A program made the translations under genes and the position numbers. Source: a virus (lineage: Duplodnaviria > Heunggongvirae > Uroviricota > Caudoviricetes). From it: a DNA stretch of 64,000 nucleotides. The notes under the pieces were generated by a model. The model worked only from the letters and a program-made list of their open reading frames with translations. It was not told the origin of the DNA and did no database searches. Shown piece by piece: positions 18,605 through 27,838 of the stretch (positions are counted from its first letter, which is position 1; every line of letters starts with the position of its first letter). The DNA is taken from the IMG/VR virus record IMGVR_UViG_2663762946_000001; one strand, given 5' to 3'.

Positions 18605-19034
18605 ATGACATTATCAAAAGGATTATTCACATCAGATAAAGAATATTGGGAAACACCTCGTGACTTTTTCAATAAGTTAAATGATAAATTTCACTTTAAT
18701 TGGGATCTAGCATCGACAGATAATAATGCACTTTGTAAGAATCATTTAACAGAGCAAGATGATTCCTTATCAATTGATTGGGGGGGGGTCTCTGACAGGC
18801 AACTTGTTCCTAAATCCTCCTTATGGGAGAGAATTGAAGAAATGGGTTAAGAAAGCTTCGGAAACAAAACTAGCAAAAGGTCAATTTTTAGTGATGTTAA
18901 TACCCTCAAGGACAGATACAAGTTATTGGCATGATTACATTTTTAATAAGGCCAAAATAAAATTTCTGAGAGGTAGACTGAAATTCACAATCAATGGTGT
19001 TCAGAAAGACGCAGCACCTTTCCGTCAGCGTTAG
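18605..19034 (+). CDS. Dam-family (PF05869-like) DNA N6-adenine methyltransferase interrupted by a frameshift in a G9 tract
   Basis: WETPRDFFNKLNDKFHFNWDLAST, then the NPPYGRELKKW catalytic motif, then LIPSRTDTSYWH. The ORFs 18605..18850 and 18759..19034 are one gene in two frames, joined across GGGGGGGGG at 18780-18788. Ten (or seven) Gs would restore a single frame. Confidence 0.7.
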
Positions 19035-19056
19035 CAATTTATAAAGGGGAGTAGAT

Positions 19057-19386
19057 ATGAAACATTTAATTTTGTTAATAGTATTATTGTATATCTTGTT
19101 CAAAATTACCAGGCATAGACTCATGTTAGATTTAGATTATGATCCTGAAGAAATGGAATCAGTTTATTATATTAACAATGATGGTGGGTATGATATAAGA
19201 GTACTGCCAGTAGAAACAGGTTCTAATTACACTAAATGGGGTGTCTATAAGAAAGTCAATAATGAAATTGTGACTTTAGAAGAGCATTTATTTTTATGGT
19301 TGACACCTGTTACAAGTGGCAGTGGTCAAGTAGCATTAAATAATATAATGTTACGAAAAAGAAGAGTTATTTTAGGAAAGGAATGA
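19057..19386 (+). CDS. hypothetical membrane-anchored protein
   Basis: A 109-aa ORF with an N-terminal hydrophobic helix. Confidence 0.35.
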   Translation: MKHLILLIVLLYILFKITRHRLMLDLDYDPEEMESVYYINNDGGYDIRVLPVETGSNYTKWGVYKKVNNEIVTLEEHLFLWLTPVTSGSGQVALNNIMLRKRRVILGKE

Positions 19387-19390
19387 TAAT

Positions 19391-19645
19391 TTGTCTGAAG
19401 GATATAATGCAAAAGTTTATTGGAAAGATGGTTGTAGTAGGTGTAAACAAACCATGAATTTATTTAAGATTCCATTTGAATCAGTAAAAGCTAGTCAGGA
19501 ATTCATTGAATATTTAAAAGAAGAAAAAGAAGTTAGATCTATGCCTTATGTAGAAATATTTGATAAAGATAGAAGAATAGTAGATAGCTGGAGTAACTTT
19601 GAATACGATAAGATTCGTGAATGGAATAAGAAGATAGATGCTTAA
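19391..19645 (+). CDS. glutaredoxin/NrdH-like redoxin
   Basis: An 84-aa ORF. CSRC (CxxC) lies in a VYWKDGCSRCK context. Confidence 0.5.
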   Translation: MSEGYNAKVYWKDGCSRCKQTMNLFKIPFESVKASQEFIEYLKEEKEVRSMPYVEIFDKDRRIVDSWSNFEYDKIREWNKKIDA

Positions 19646-19910
19646 TGAACTGGAAGAAAAAATATTCAGGTGGATTTGATATGAAACCACCAACCGAATT
19701 ACGAGGATCGGTATATATTGACACATGGTTACTTGATCGTGATAAATCAAGTAAAAACAAGTTGTATTTTAAATCTTAAGATTCCAATTTATTCCCTTTG
19801 ATCGACATAACTAGTTGGATAAGTAGTAAAGAACGAGAAATACAAATAGAATATGCACGCCAAAAATTTACTAAGTTTAATGGGAATGTTTGGTTAGATA
19901 GTTTACAAAT

Positions 19911-19991
19911 TAAATAAACATAATGATATAATAACCGTTGACTTTGATAAGTTTAGCGGTTATTATTATATATAGAAATAAACAAAATGAA
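19911..19991 (+). promoter_or_regulatory. two class-2 motifs (19911-19924 and 19978-19991) flanking a hairpin terminator
   Basis: AAATAAACATAATG, then TAACCG...CGGTTA hairpin plus a T-run, then AAATAAACAAAATGAAAGGAAG, 10 nt before the ATG at 20002. Confidence 0.45.
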
Positions 19992-20001
19992 AGGAAGACC
20001 A

Positions 20002-20346
20002 ATGAAATTATCGTTGTGGATTGAGAAGCGGGAAAAGAAAAAGATCAAATTAAATATGTGGCAAAGTATTGTTTTGAGACAAGAAGTTAAAAGTGCAGTA
20101 AGAGCTGGTTATGACGGAATAGTGAAACCAATTAAAGATTTAGATGATTTAATAAAGTGTGTAAATTGGTGTAAGAGAGAAAATCTATCATATGCTCGGA
20201 TATTTGAAAACAGCATATCTATTTATTGGGTATATGCTTTGCCTGAAGATAATAAAAATTACAAATACCTTTTTCCAGTTGGGAAACATCCATTATCTTT
20301 AGTGGAGAATAGGCATAGTCCTTTTGGTGTAGGTAACAAGAAATAG
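20002..20346 (+). CDS. hypothetical protein
   Basis: ORF from 19987 to 20346. The likely start is 20002, after GAAAGGAAG. Confidence 0.35.
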   Translation: MKLSLWIEKREKKKIKLNMWQSIVLRQEVKSAVRAGYDGIVKPIKDLDDLIKCVNWCKRENLSYARIFENSISIYWVYALPEDNKNYKYLFPVGKHPLSLVENRHSPFGVGNKK

Positions 20347-20357
20347 GAGGAAATAAA

Positions 20358-20660
20358 ATGAATGACGTGGCAGATTTAGATAAGAATGCGGCTAAAGATT
20401 TAGTCAAAAAAGGTGAAATGTTTTGGACTATCATGATGTCAGATATGGGAACAGGTGCAGTAAAAATAAAGTATTTACAATTAGCTAAACCTAGTGAAGA
20501 ACACGTTTCAAGATTTGACTGGAGCGATAGTCGTGAAAAGGCTACAAAATTCCTAAATTTTAATGAAACCGTAAGGATCTTCAAACAAGTATTTGAAGCA
20601 ACACACCTACCTATTACAATGGCATTTTGTGGTTGGTATCTTGAACGGGAGGAGAAATAA
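20358..20660 (+). CDS. hypothetical protein
   Basis: A 100-aa ORF with an AGGAGG ribosome-binding site. Confidence 0.4.
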   Translation: MNDVADLDKNAAKDLVKKGEMFWTIMMSDMGTGAVKIKYLQLAKPSEEHVSRFDWSDSREKATKFLNFNETVRIFKQVFEATHLPITMAFCGWYLEREEK

Positions 20661-21244
20661 TGGCACAGTTATTTTTTAGATATGGGACTATGAATAGTGG
20701 GAAAAGTGTTGAATTATTGAAAGTAGCCCATAACTATCGAGAGAGTGGTAAAATTGTCATTTTATTTACTAGCTCATTGGACACAAGATCGGGCAAAGGA
20801 AAGATAAGTAGTCGCATAGGCATATCTGATTCCGCAATAGATTTAAGTCCTACTTCAAGCGTTTGCGATGAAATTAATAACAACCCAGATCATATTTCTA
20901 ATGTTTCATGTATTCTAGTTGACGAATCACAATTTCTCACAGAGAAACAAGTTGAGGAATTAGTGTCGGTAGTAGATATTTTAAATATTCCCGTTATATG
21001 TTATGGCCTAAAAAATGACTTTATGAATAACTTATTTGAGGGTAGTGAAGCTTTGCTAAAATATGCAGATAAAATTGAAGAGATTAAGACTGTATGTAAA
21101 TTTTGTAATAGGAAAGCCACTATGAATCTTAGAATGGTCGATGGTAGGCCTGCAAGAAAAGGTGAGCAATTGCAAATTGGTGATAGTGAGTACTACTCAG
21201 TATGCAGAGAACATTGGTATTCACCAAATATGAAAAAACTATAG
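20660..21244 (+). CDS. tdk: thymidine kinase
   Basis: P-loop GTMNSGKS. The VDESQF and VICYGL motifs are present. The C-terminal zinc ribbon is CKFCNRKA...CREHW. Confidence 0.8.
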   Translation: MAQLFFRYGTMNSGKSVELLKVAHNYRESGKIVILFTSSLDTRSGKGKISSRIGISDSAIDLSPTSSVCDEINNNPDHISNVSCILVDESQFLTEKQVEELVSVVDILNIPVICYGLKNDFMNNLFEGSEALLKYADKIEEIKTVCKFCNRKATMNLRMVDGRPARKGEQLQIGDSEYYSVCREHWYSPNMKKL

Positions 21245-21253
21245 GAGGTAAAC

Positions 21254-21985
21254 ATGAAAGAGATTAATGTGCCGCAATCAATTATTAAGGAAATTAAAGA
21301 GAAAATTCCTAACTTGGCTATTTTATATCTTACAGGTTCAAGGCTAACAGGTACCCAAAACAACAAATCAGATTATGATTTCTATGCTTTCACAGTTTCA
21401 CATAAAAGCGAATTTGTTTTAAGAGATCGGAATAAAGGGACAACATACAAAGGTGATAATTATGAAATTAAATGTTTTGATATTACACATTTATTTGCAC
21501 TTTTGAGAAAAACAAATCCTAATTTTATTGAATTGTTTTTTAATGTTCCAATTTTCGTTGGTGGTTATTTTGATATTTTAACTCGTTTGATTTATCGCGA
21601 CAGAGAAAAGTTGCCATATATAAATGAAAAACATTTCGTTGCATCTTCCGTTGGAATGATTAAATCAAATCTATCTCGGATATCCCCGAATAAAGTATAC
21701 AAGGGGAGTGGATCTTTTGGTAAAGAGCTATTCAATTTAATTAAAGCATATAGGTATGGATTGGCCGTTGCTAATGGAAAGTCTTTGGAAGCTGAAATTA
21801 ATATTATGAATGAATATTTATATGTTAAAAATACAGAAGTCTATGATCAAAATTTATTGAATAAGATTAATCCTGAATATCTATATCAATGTTTGAAAGA
21901 AAAATGTGACGACATGAAAGATTCAACTGAGAAACTTGATTTGTTGAATGAATATATCTACAATACGCCATTATATTTTAAATAG
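21254..21985 (+). CDS. predicted nucleotidyltransferase (Pol-beta superfamily)
   Basis: LTGSRLTGTQNNKSDYDFYAF fits the GS-x9-13-DxD minimal nucleotidyltransferase signature. Confidence 0.45.
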   Translation: MKEINVPQSIIKEIKEKIPNLAILYLTGSRLTGTQNNKSDYDFYAFTVSHKSEFVLRDRNKGTTYKGDNYEIKCFDITHLFALLRKTNPNFIELFFNVPIFVGGYFDILTRLIYRDREKLPYINEKHFVASSVGMIKSNLSRISPNKVYKGSGSFGKELFNLIKAYRYGLAVANGKSLEAEINIMNEYLYVKNTEVYDQNLLNKINPEYLYQCLKEKCDDMKDSTEKLDLLNEYIYNTPLYFK

Positions 21986-22002
21986 ATAGGAGACAAAACA
22001 TT

Positions 22003-22317
22003 ATGTACCTTAGATATAATAGCAAATCTAAATACTATGTATTAAACATTGTTGATGAACCAACTATTAAAGAAAACTTTGTTCATTCTGATACAGGATT
22101 GCTAATTTCATACTATGCAGAACGACTTAATACACATGAAATTACACCAAAACAAGTATTCGGTATTTTCAAGGCTAGCTATAGGGATTTTAAGTATTCC
22201 GTTAAACAATATAGACATCTAACTGATGGTGGTATTCATACTTATAGTGCAGTTGACATTATTGCGATTAAATTAATCAAAAATGGATATATGAGAAAGG
22301 GTAATGTTATTGTTTAA
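22003..22317 (+). CDS. hypothetical protein
   Basis: A 104-aa ORF. Confidence 0.35.
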   Translation: MYLRYNSKSKYYVLNIVDEPTIKENFVHSDTGLLISYYAERLNTHEITPKQVFGIFKASYRDFKYSVKQYRHLTDGGIHTYSAVDIIAIKLIKNGYMRKGNVIV

Positions 22318-22349
22318 ATAAACATAATGACATAGTGTGATTGATAATA

Positions 22350-22694
22350 ATGAAATTATTAAGAGAATTTTTTGAACACTGTCTGCTAGACACGATTATT
22401 TATGACAAAGAGAAACCTAAGTTTAGTGAAATCTGTACTGTTTTGTTTGCAATGATATTTAGTATTTTTATAATGGTTTACTGCATTGCCTTAGTATTCG
22501 CTGTAATATATGAAGTTTATTACTTTATAGTAATTAACCATCTGTATATATCGGCAGAATTTTGGGCAATTACACTTTATACGTTAGGAATAGTGGCTTC
22601 ATTCTTCTTAGTAGCATTAATTATATGGGAAGCAATAAAACTAAACGTAAAACTTAAAAATTGGAGTGATAGAAAACATGTACACAATGAATAA
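22350..22694 (+). CDS. hypothetical membrane protein
   Basis: Three predicted hydrophobic helices. The likely start is 22350. A class-2 motif lies at 22315-22328. Confidence 0.4.
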   Translation: MKLLREFFEHCLLDTIIYDKEKPKFSEICTVLFAMIFSIFIMVYCIALVFAVIYEVYYFIVINHLYISAEFWAITLYTLGIVASFFLVALIIWEAIKLNVKLKNWSDRKHVHNE

Positions 22695-22932
22695 ATCTGG
22701 TGCGAATGTAAGGACTTTTGATTTCATAGATACAGATAAATTATGTGAAGAATATGTTAAAGGAGTCATAAGTTTAAAAGAACTAGCATTTCAACTTAGT
22801 ATAGCCAACTTTACTTTTTCAAAAGAGAGGTTAGACAAATTAAAAACCAGGGCTTTTGAAGCAACACCAACTGAAATAGCTGCACAAGCATTAATCAAGC
22901 AAGGTTTAATGTATGAGGTGAATAATGGATAA
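22666..22932 (+). CDS. hypothetical protein
   Basis: An 88-aa ORF. Confidence 0.3.
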   Translation: MIENMYTMNKSGANVRTFDFIDTDKLCEEYVKGVISLKELAFQLSIANFTFSKERLDKLKTRAFEATPTEIAAQALIKQGLMYEVNNG

Positions 22933-23623
22933 GATAGAAGTTACAGTAGAAACATTGAATGCAGCGGTGACAAAAGGTAGATCTAATGCTGTGATAGCAG
23001 AACTTAGATCAAGAAATGGGAAACCAGTTAATTCTCAGAAATTAAATGACATCCATAAACAACTTCGCTATAAGGATTATGCCGAGGCAACGTTGGAAAG
23101 TTCATTAATGGGTTGGATCTGGGTTCCACTAATATTTATATTGTTCGTAATCATTATTGTATTAAATTTAAAAAACATTTTCTTAAGTATTCCTCTTTTG
23201 GTATCTCCTATTCTTTTACCTTTGTGTTATAGAATATATCTTACATGTTATTTCAAAAAATATTACAAAAAAATACCTGATTCTTTCGTGGAGAATAGCA
23301 TTGAACTGCCTTGCAGTGATACTAAATTTTATGAAAACGAGATTATACAAGCAGCTGATTGGTGTTCCAACAAAGTAAGAGAATACCCTTATAATTATTG
23401 GGATCTCATTTGTAATAATAGAGATATAACTCTTGCATATGTATTGTATCAAAGAGATAAAAATACAAATAATTTCCCTATAATACTTCAATTAAAAGTG
23501 ACGGATTTTCTAGCAGAGTTAGCTGATATTTTAAATAACAAAAGTAAATATAATGCAATAAAAAATAACGATACACAGTTTCTTGTTTGGATTCAGAGAA
23601 TAGTTGAGTTATACGATAGATAA
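22925..23623 (+). CDS. hypothetical membrane protein
   Basis: A 232-aa protein with two hydrophobic helices in its middle section. Confidence 0.4.
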   Translation: MDKIEVTVETLNAAVTKGRSNAVIAELRSRNGKPVNSQKLNDIHKQLRYKDYAEATLESSLMGWIWVPLIFILFVIIIVLNLKNIFLSIPLLVSPILLPLCYRIYLTCYFKKYYKKIPDSFVENSIELPCSDTKFYENEIIQAADWCSNKVREYPYNYWDLICNNRDITLAYVLYQRDKNTNNFPIILQLKVTDFLAELADILNNKSKYNAIKNNDTQFLVWIQRIVELYDR

Positions 23624-23643
23624 GAGAGTGAGAGGAAAATGAA

Positions 23644-23862
23644 ATGACAAAACAAAAGATGGTTTACGTGGTACACAATAGCGCAGGAATTGCATCAGTA
23701 TATACAAAAATAGAAGATGCTAGAAAAGATGCGAAATTTCTAGGTGCGCATACAACCTTAGTTCCATTAAGAACTAGTGCACTAGTAAATCTTGATTATC
23801 TACAAACAAACATAGTGCAAGAAGACAGGAGGAAAGTAAATGATGTTCAGAGAAAGAAATAG
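23644..23862 (+). CDS. hypothetical protein
   Basis: A 72-aa ORF with an AGGAAAATGAAATG context. Confidence 0.3.
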   Translation: MTKQKMVYVVHNSAGIASVYTKIEDARKDAKFLGAHTTLVPLRTSALVNLDYLQTNIVQEDRRKVNDVQRKK

Positions 23863-24211
23863 TGATAATTTCAGAAAAGTAAAGGTCACATATACCCCAG
23901 AACCAAATGACGATGGGACTACAACATATTACCCACGTTCATGGCAATATTTAAGTAAAAGAAATGAACTTATGTTTAATGAAGACCAGATGGAAATTAT
24001 AGAATGGATTCACACATATTGGTATAAGTATGGTGAAAACAGTATGCTGGAAGCAATTATGTTGTTAATTAATAGCGGATTATACGAACCATCAAGAAAT
24101 CCAACATTCAGTGAAGTGCCAATGAAATTAGAAGAGATTTGGGATAGTTTAGGTGAATATTCAAGACTAGACATTATTCATGAGGTGACTACTATATGTT
24201 TGAGAAATTAA
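23840..24211 (+). CDS. hypothetical protein
   Basis: A 123-aa ORF. Confidence 0.35.
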   Translation: MMFRERNSDNFRKVKVTYTPEPNDDGTTTYYPRSWQYLSKRNELMFNEDQMEIIEWIHTYWYKYGENSMLEAIMLLINSGLYEPSRNPTFSEVPMKLEEIWDSLGEYSRLDIIHEVTTICLRN

Positions 24212-24224
24212 GGGAGGGTTTTAT

Positions 24225-24497
24225 ATGACCTATGAAGAAGCAACTACAAAACTAAAAGAAATTGATTTAAGAATTACGGTAGATAGAGCTTGGAGTGCTG
24301 TCTTTGCAATTACACTACCATATAAAACAGATCTACATGAAACGGCAAACTTTAATATTGATACAAATAAAATTAAAACTGGTTTAATTGTAGGAGAAGA
24401 TGTAGCCCATTTTCTATGTGATCCATTAGCATTACGTGTCGTTACTGAGGTAGCTGTCCCATTAATGAATACACCATTAAATGAAAGAAGTAAGTAG
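24225..24497 (+). CDS. hypothetical protein
   Basis: A 90-aa ORF after a GGGAGGG ribosome-binding site. Confidence 0.4.
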   Translation: MTYEEATTKLKEIDLRITVDRAWSAVFAITLPYKTDLHETANFNIDTNKIKTGLIVGEDVAHFLCDPLALRVVTEVAVPLMNTPLNERSK

Positions 24498-24520
24498 ACA
24501 ATAGAATAGGAGATTACTTA

Positions 24521-24871
24521 ATGACAAAAAACACTCGATTAGCACAAAAGGCTCTTGAATTTTCTGCAGAATATATGGGTTTTATTATAGATCATCCACA
24601 AAATTATTTTAAACTTAATAATGAAGAAGAAAAAATATTCGAACCTGTATCGTTCAGTCTTATAAATAAAACAGGGGTACATGAAGTATGCTACCTAACC
24701 TATGACAAAGAGAATAAACCTATCATAAAATTTAGTGCTACTCAATCTGGTAGTTTTTCATCTCATAATATTTTCGATCTTGCTATGTTATTTAGATACA
24801 TTAGCCAATTTATTATACAGCTAGAAGATGATATAAGAAATTATTATAGTAAGAATAATGGGAAAAAATAA
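24521..24871 (+). CDS. hypothetical protein
   Basis: A 116-aa ORF after a GGAG ribosome-binding site. Confidence 0.4.
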   Translation: MTKNTRLAQKALEFSAEYMGFIIDHPQNYFKLNNEEEKIFEPVSFSLINKTGVHEVCYLTYDKENKPIIKFSATQSGSFSSHNIFDLAMLFRYISQFIIQLEDDIRNYYSKNNGKK

Positions 24872-25154
24872 GAGGAGAACAATAATGACAGAAAAATTCA
24901 CAGAAGAAAAATTAAATCAAAGGATTTTTGATTTATTTACAGAAGCTAATGTCATAAAAAGTATACTACCTAGTGGTATTGTTCAAAATGATGTTAATGG
25001 TGACTATGATAAGTTCCGTAAAACCATGTTAGGAGTCAGCCGTGAATATTTTGAATCGGATATGGATGTAACCGAGTCAAAATTAAAGCAATGGAAGGAT
25101 AGTGTAAGAGAGTTACTTACTGATATTTTAGATCATAAAGTTCTAGATGAATAA
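24858..25154 (+). CDS. hypothetical protein
   Basis: A 98-aa ORF. The likely start is the ATG at 24885, after GAGGAG. Confidence 0.35.
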   Translation: MGKNKRRTIMTEKFTEEKLNQRIFDLFTEANVIKSILPSGIVQNDVNGDYDKFRKTMLGVSREYFESDMDVTESKLKQWKDSVRELLTDILDHKVLDE

Positions 25155-25183
25155 TAAAACTGAAATATAAAGGAGATCATTTA

Positions 25184-25486
25184 ATGAAAGTTACAACTTC
25201 AAAAAAACAAACTCAAAAACTAATCAATGTCCCACACTATGTGTTTGATTTTATAAATAGATTCGGAGTAAATGCTATATACGATATGATTAAAGGCTCA
25301 TCAGGTGACAATTATTATATTTGTGATATGAGGGTGGACGACGGGGACTTAAGCGAAGATGATGCACTTAAAATTCAGGAATGGTCTGAAAAGCAAGAGG
25401 TAGAAACTTTACTTAAATTAGCGAATGGTGTAGTGTGCAGAATAAACGCAGCATTAACACATGAGAACATATTTAAAGGTGTATAA
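25184..25486 (+). CDS. hypothetical protein
   Basis: A 100-aa ORF after AAGGAG. Confidence 0.4.
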   Translation: MKVTTSKKQTQKLINVPHYVFDFINRFGVNAIYDMIKGSSGDNYYICDMRVDDGDLSEDDALKIQEWSEKQEVETLLKLANGVVCRINAALTHENIFKGV

Positions 25487-26105
25487 CATGAATGAGAGTG
25501 AGAAATACGAAAATGTTGCACAATTTTTAAAAGGTGAAAAATTCGTCCATGGTCTAACAAAATACGAAAATCTTTTGATGAAAAGTAAAGTGTATTTCCG
25601 TATACCAGATACACAATCAAAATTTGATGAGGGTTATTACTCAAATTCGTCAGTTAGATATAGTGGTTTTACGTGGTTGGGTAGAATTATCGTTTCTCTA
25701 ATCTTACTGGTATGTGTTCTAGGGTTAGCACTGATTGGTGTATTTACAGGAAATATTAAATATATTTTTAATTGGTCGGCTTATAGAGAATATGATCTTA
25801 TTGATGATATAATAGATGAATTCTTTGATGGCGAACCCTTTAGCAGGAATATCAACAGTCGTTTTGATGGTTATGATAATATTCCCACAGTATTAAAAAC
25901 AAACAAAGAAGCTAGGGCGTTCTTAAAGTATAAATACAAGTATAAGAATAAAAAATTTGTATTTAACTCAGATGAGTATAATTTACAAAAGTATGATAGT
26001 GGGACAACTATTTTAGCCTTATTGAAAATAGGGAAACTAGATCCTTACTGGGATAAGATGAGATTAAACTTAACAGAAAAAGAAAATAAGAAGCAAGAGG
26101 AGTAA
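25461..26105 (+). CDS. hypothetical membrane protein
   Basis: A 214-aa protein with one central transmembrane helix (IIVSLILLVCVLGLALIGVF). Confidence 0.4.
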   Translation: MRTYLKVYNMNESEKYENVAQFLKGEKFVHGLTKYENLLMKSKVYFRIPDTQSKFDEGYYSNSSVRYSGFTWLGRIIVSLILLVCVLGLALIGVFTGNIKYIFNWSAYREYDLIDDIIDEFFDGEPFSRNINSRFDGYDNIPTVLKTNKEARAFLKYKYKYKNKKFVFNSDEYNLQKYDSGTTILALLKIGKLDPYWDKMRLNLTEKENKKQEE

Positions 26106-26111
26106 TGAGAA

Positions 26112-26660
26112 TTGGTAGCAAATAAGAATATAGATTATCCTGATCAAGAATTATATGATTACGTAATGAAAGGTTTGGCAGATAAGAATATAACTCCAAA
26201 GACTATTGGGGAAGCTGTATATGAAATGGAACATGAGTATTTTCCAGAAAAGACAGCAGAAGATTTCGGAGAAGATTTTTATAGTCTATTTAAGAAACGT
26301 GAAGTATTAAATCTGGTAGGCACAGGGCTGATGATTGATGATTTAGCAAATAGAGAGCTATTGCCAGAACCAATGCAAACCATTATCGCCAATGATCTTG
26401 GGCAATTTGGTGTAGACGAACTTATTAGTATCGGTATCGCAAATCTATACGGCTCTTTAGGTGTAACTAATTATGGCTATGGAGATAAGATTAAAATTGG
26501 ATACGCAAAAGAGTTAGATAATGAACATGGTGAAATTAATACCTTCAGTGATGATATATTCACAGCACTGGCATCAGGTATGGTCGGTAGATTAGGCCAT
26601 GGTAGGCCACTGGATATTAATAATAAGAAACAAGAAGATTATAAGGAAGATGCACGATAG
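26112..26660 (+). CDS. hypothetical protein
   Basis: A 182-aa ORF. Confidence 0.35.
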   Translation: MVANKNIDYPDQELYDYVMKGLADKNITPKTIGEAVYEMEHEYFPEKTAEDFGEDFYSLFKKREVLNLVGTGLMIDDLANRELLPEPMQTIIANDLGQFGVDELISIGIANLYGSLGVTNYGYGDKIKIGYAKELDNEHGEINTFSDDIFTALASGMVGRLGHGRPLDINNKKQEDYKEDAR

Positions 26661-26716
26661 AATAATTGATAAAATCCATATTTTATAAATTGGACATGTA
26701 TTGAGATAGGAGAAAA

Positions 26717-27799
26717 ATGGGAGCATACTATGACACATTAAAAGAATTGCAGACCAAAATTATATCAAAGGCTCTCTTGCCAATAAAAAAGTTTCAAGGA
26801 GTAATGTTTAAACCAGATAGCTACATGCGCACAGATGGTTTGCCAGTTGACAAAACCATAGCAAATTTAGAAAAGAATATTGTCGAGCAGTCTGATCCGA
26901 AGGAGAAAGCAAAATTAGAAGCATTATTAGAAAGAATTGAATCAGTATCAGATTTAACTGAAAATTTATATGATAGATTAAATGAGAATCCCAATACATT
27001 CTCCTATTGGTTTCCAGCATTATTAAAAAGTAACAGAAAATGTATCAGAGATGGGCATACCTTCTTTAAGATACCTGCAAGTAGCTGTATCACATTACCA
27101 CTGCCATTATCACAATTTATGAGAATTGAATATCAGAATACAAATGATGAGTCACGTAAAAAATTCAATGAAATACTATTGGAAAAACTTAATCTTGATA
27201 AGAATAAACATTATTTTATCAAAAATGGAGTCTTTTCAGGAAAATTTGAATGGCGTAATTGTCATATTGTACCTTCAGAACAAAATCAGATTGGGGAGTA
27301 TTTTCAGGTTGTAAACAATCATGCTATGTTGGTGGGAGCAGGTCGAACAAATGATATCGTGATACGAGAATACATTGATGATCCAGAACATAGACCAACT
27401 ATCTATAATGGTATGCCTTTACGTACAGAATTCAGATGTTTTATTGATTGTGATACTAAAGACTTAATACAAACAGTACCATATTGGAATCCACTTGTAA
27501 TGAAAAAGGTTTTACAATCACAGGGGCAGCAAAATAAAAGTATATACAAGTGGTATGAAACTTATAAATGGTTTGAAGAGGTACTAAATCAGGATTTCAA
27601 TGCTAATATCGGTAGAATTAATAAGAATATTCAATATGTTATTAATGAACTCTCATTAAAAGGACGTTGGTCTTTAGATGTTATGAAGTCTGGAAATGAC
27701 TTTTATCTCATCGACATGGCCGAAATGAAGTCTTCAGCTTTAACTGAATTAATTAATCCATCAAGGTTAAATGAATTAAAAATTAAATTAGAACAATAA
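26717..27799 (+). CDS. hypothetical protein (360 aa)
   Basis: It has a GGAG ribosome-binding site, no clear motif, and ends at a bidirectional terminator. Confidence 0.4.
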   Translation: MGAYYDTLKELQTKIISKALLPIKKFQGVMFKPDSYMRTDGLPVDKTIANLEKNIVEQSDPKEKAKLEALLERIESVSDLTENLYDRLNENPNTFSYWFPALLKSNRKCIRDGHTFFKIPASSCITLPLPLSQFMRIEYQNTNDESRKKFNEILLEKLNLDKNKHYFIKNGVFSGKFEWRNCHIVPSEQNQIGEYFQVVNNHAMLVGAGRTNDIVIREYIDDPEHRPTIYNGMPLRTEFRCFIDCDTKDLIQTVPYWNPLVMKKVLQSQGQQNKSIYKWYETYKWFEEVLNQDFNANIGRINKNIQYVINELSLKGRWSLDVMKSGNDFYLIDMAEMKSSALTELINPSRLNELKIKLEQ

Positions 27800-27805
27800 A
27801 CGTAA

Positions 27806-27838
27806 ATAAAAAAGACCTGATTAAAGGTCTTTTTTATT
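27806..27838. terminator. bidirectional rho-independent terminator between convergent genes
   Basis: AAAAAAGACCT-gattaa-AGGTCTTTTTTATT. It has a 6-bp stem, an A-tract upstream and a T-tract downstream. Confidence 0.6.
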
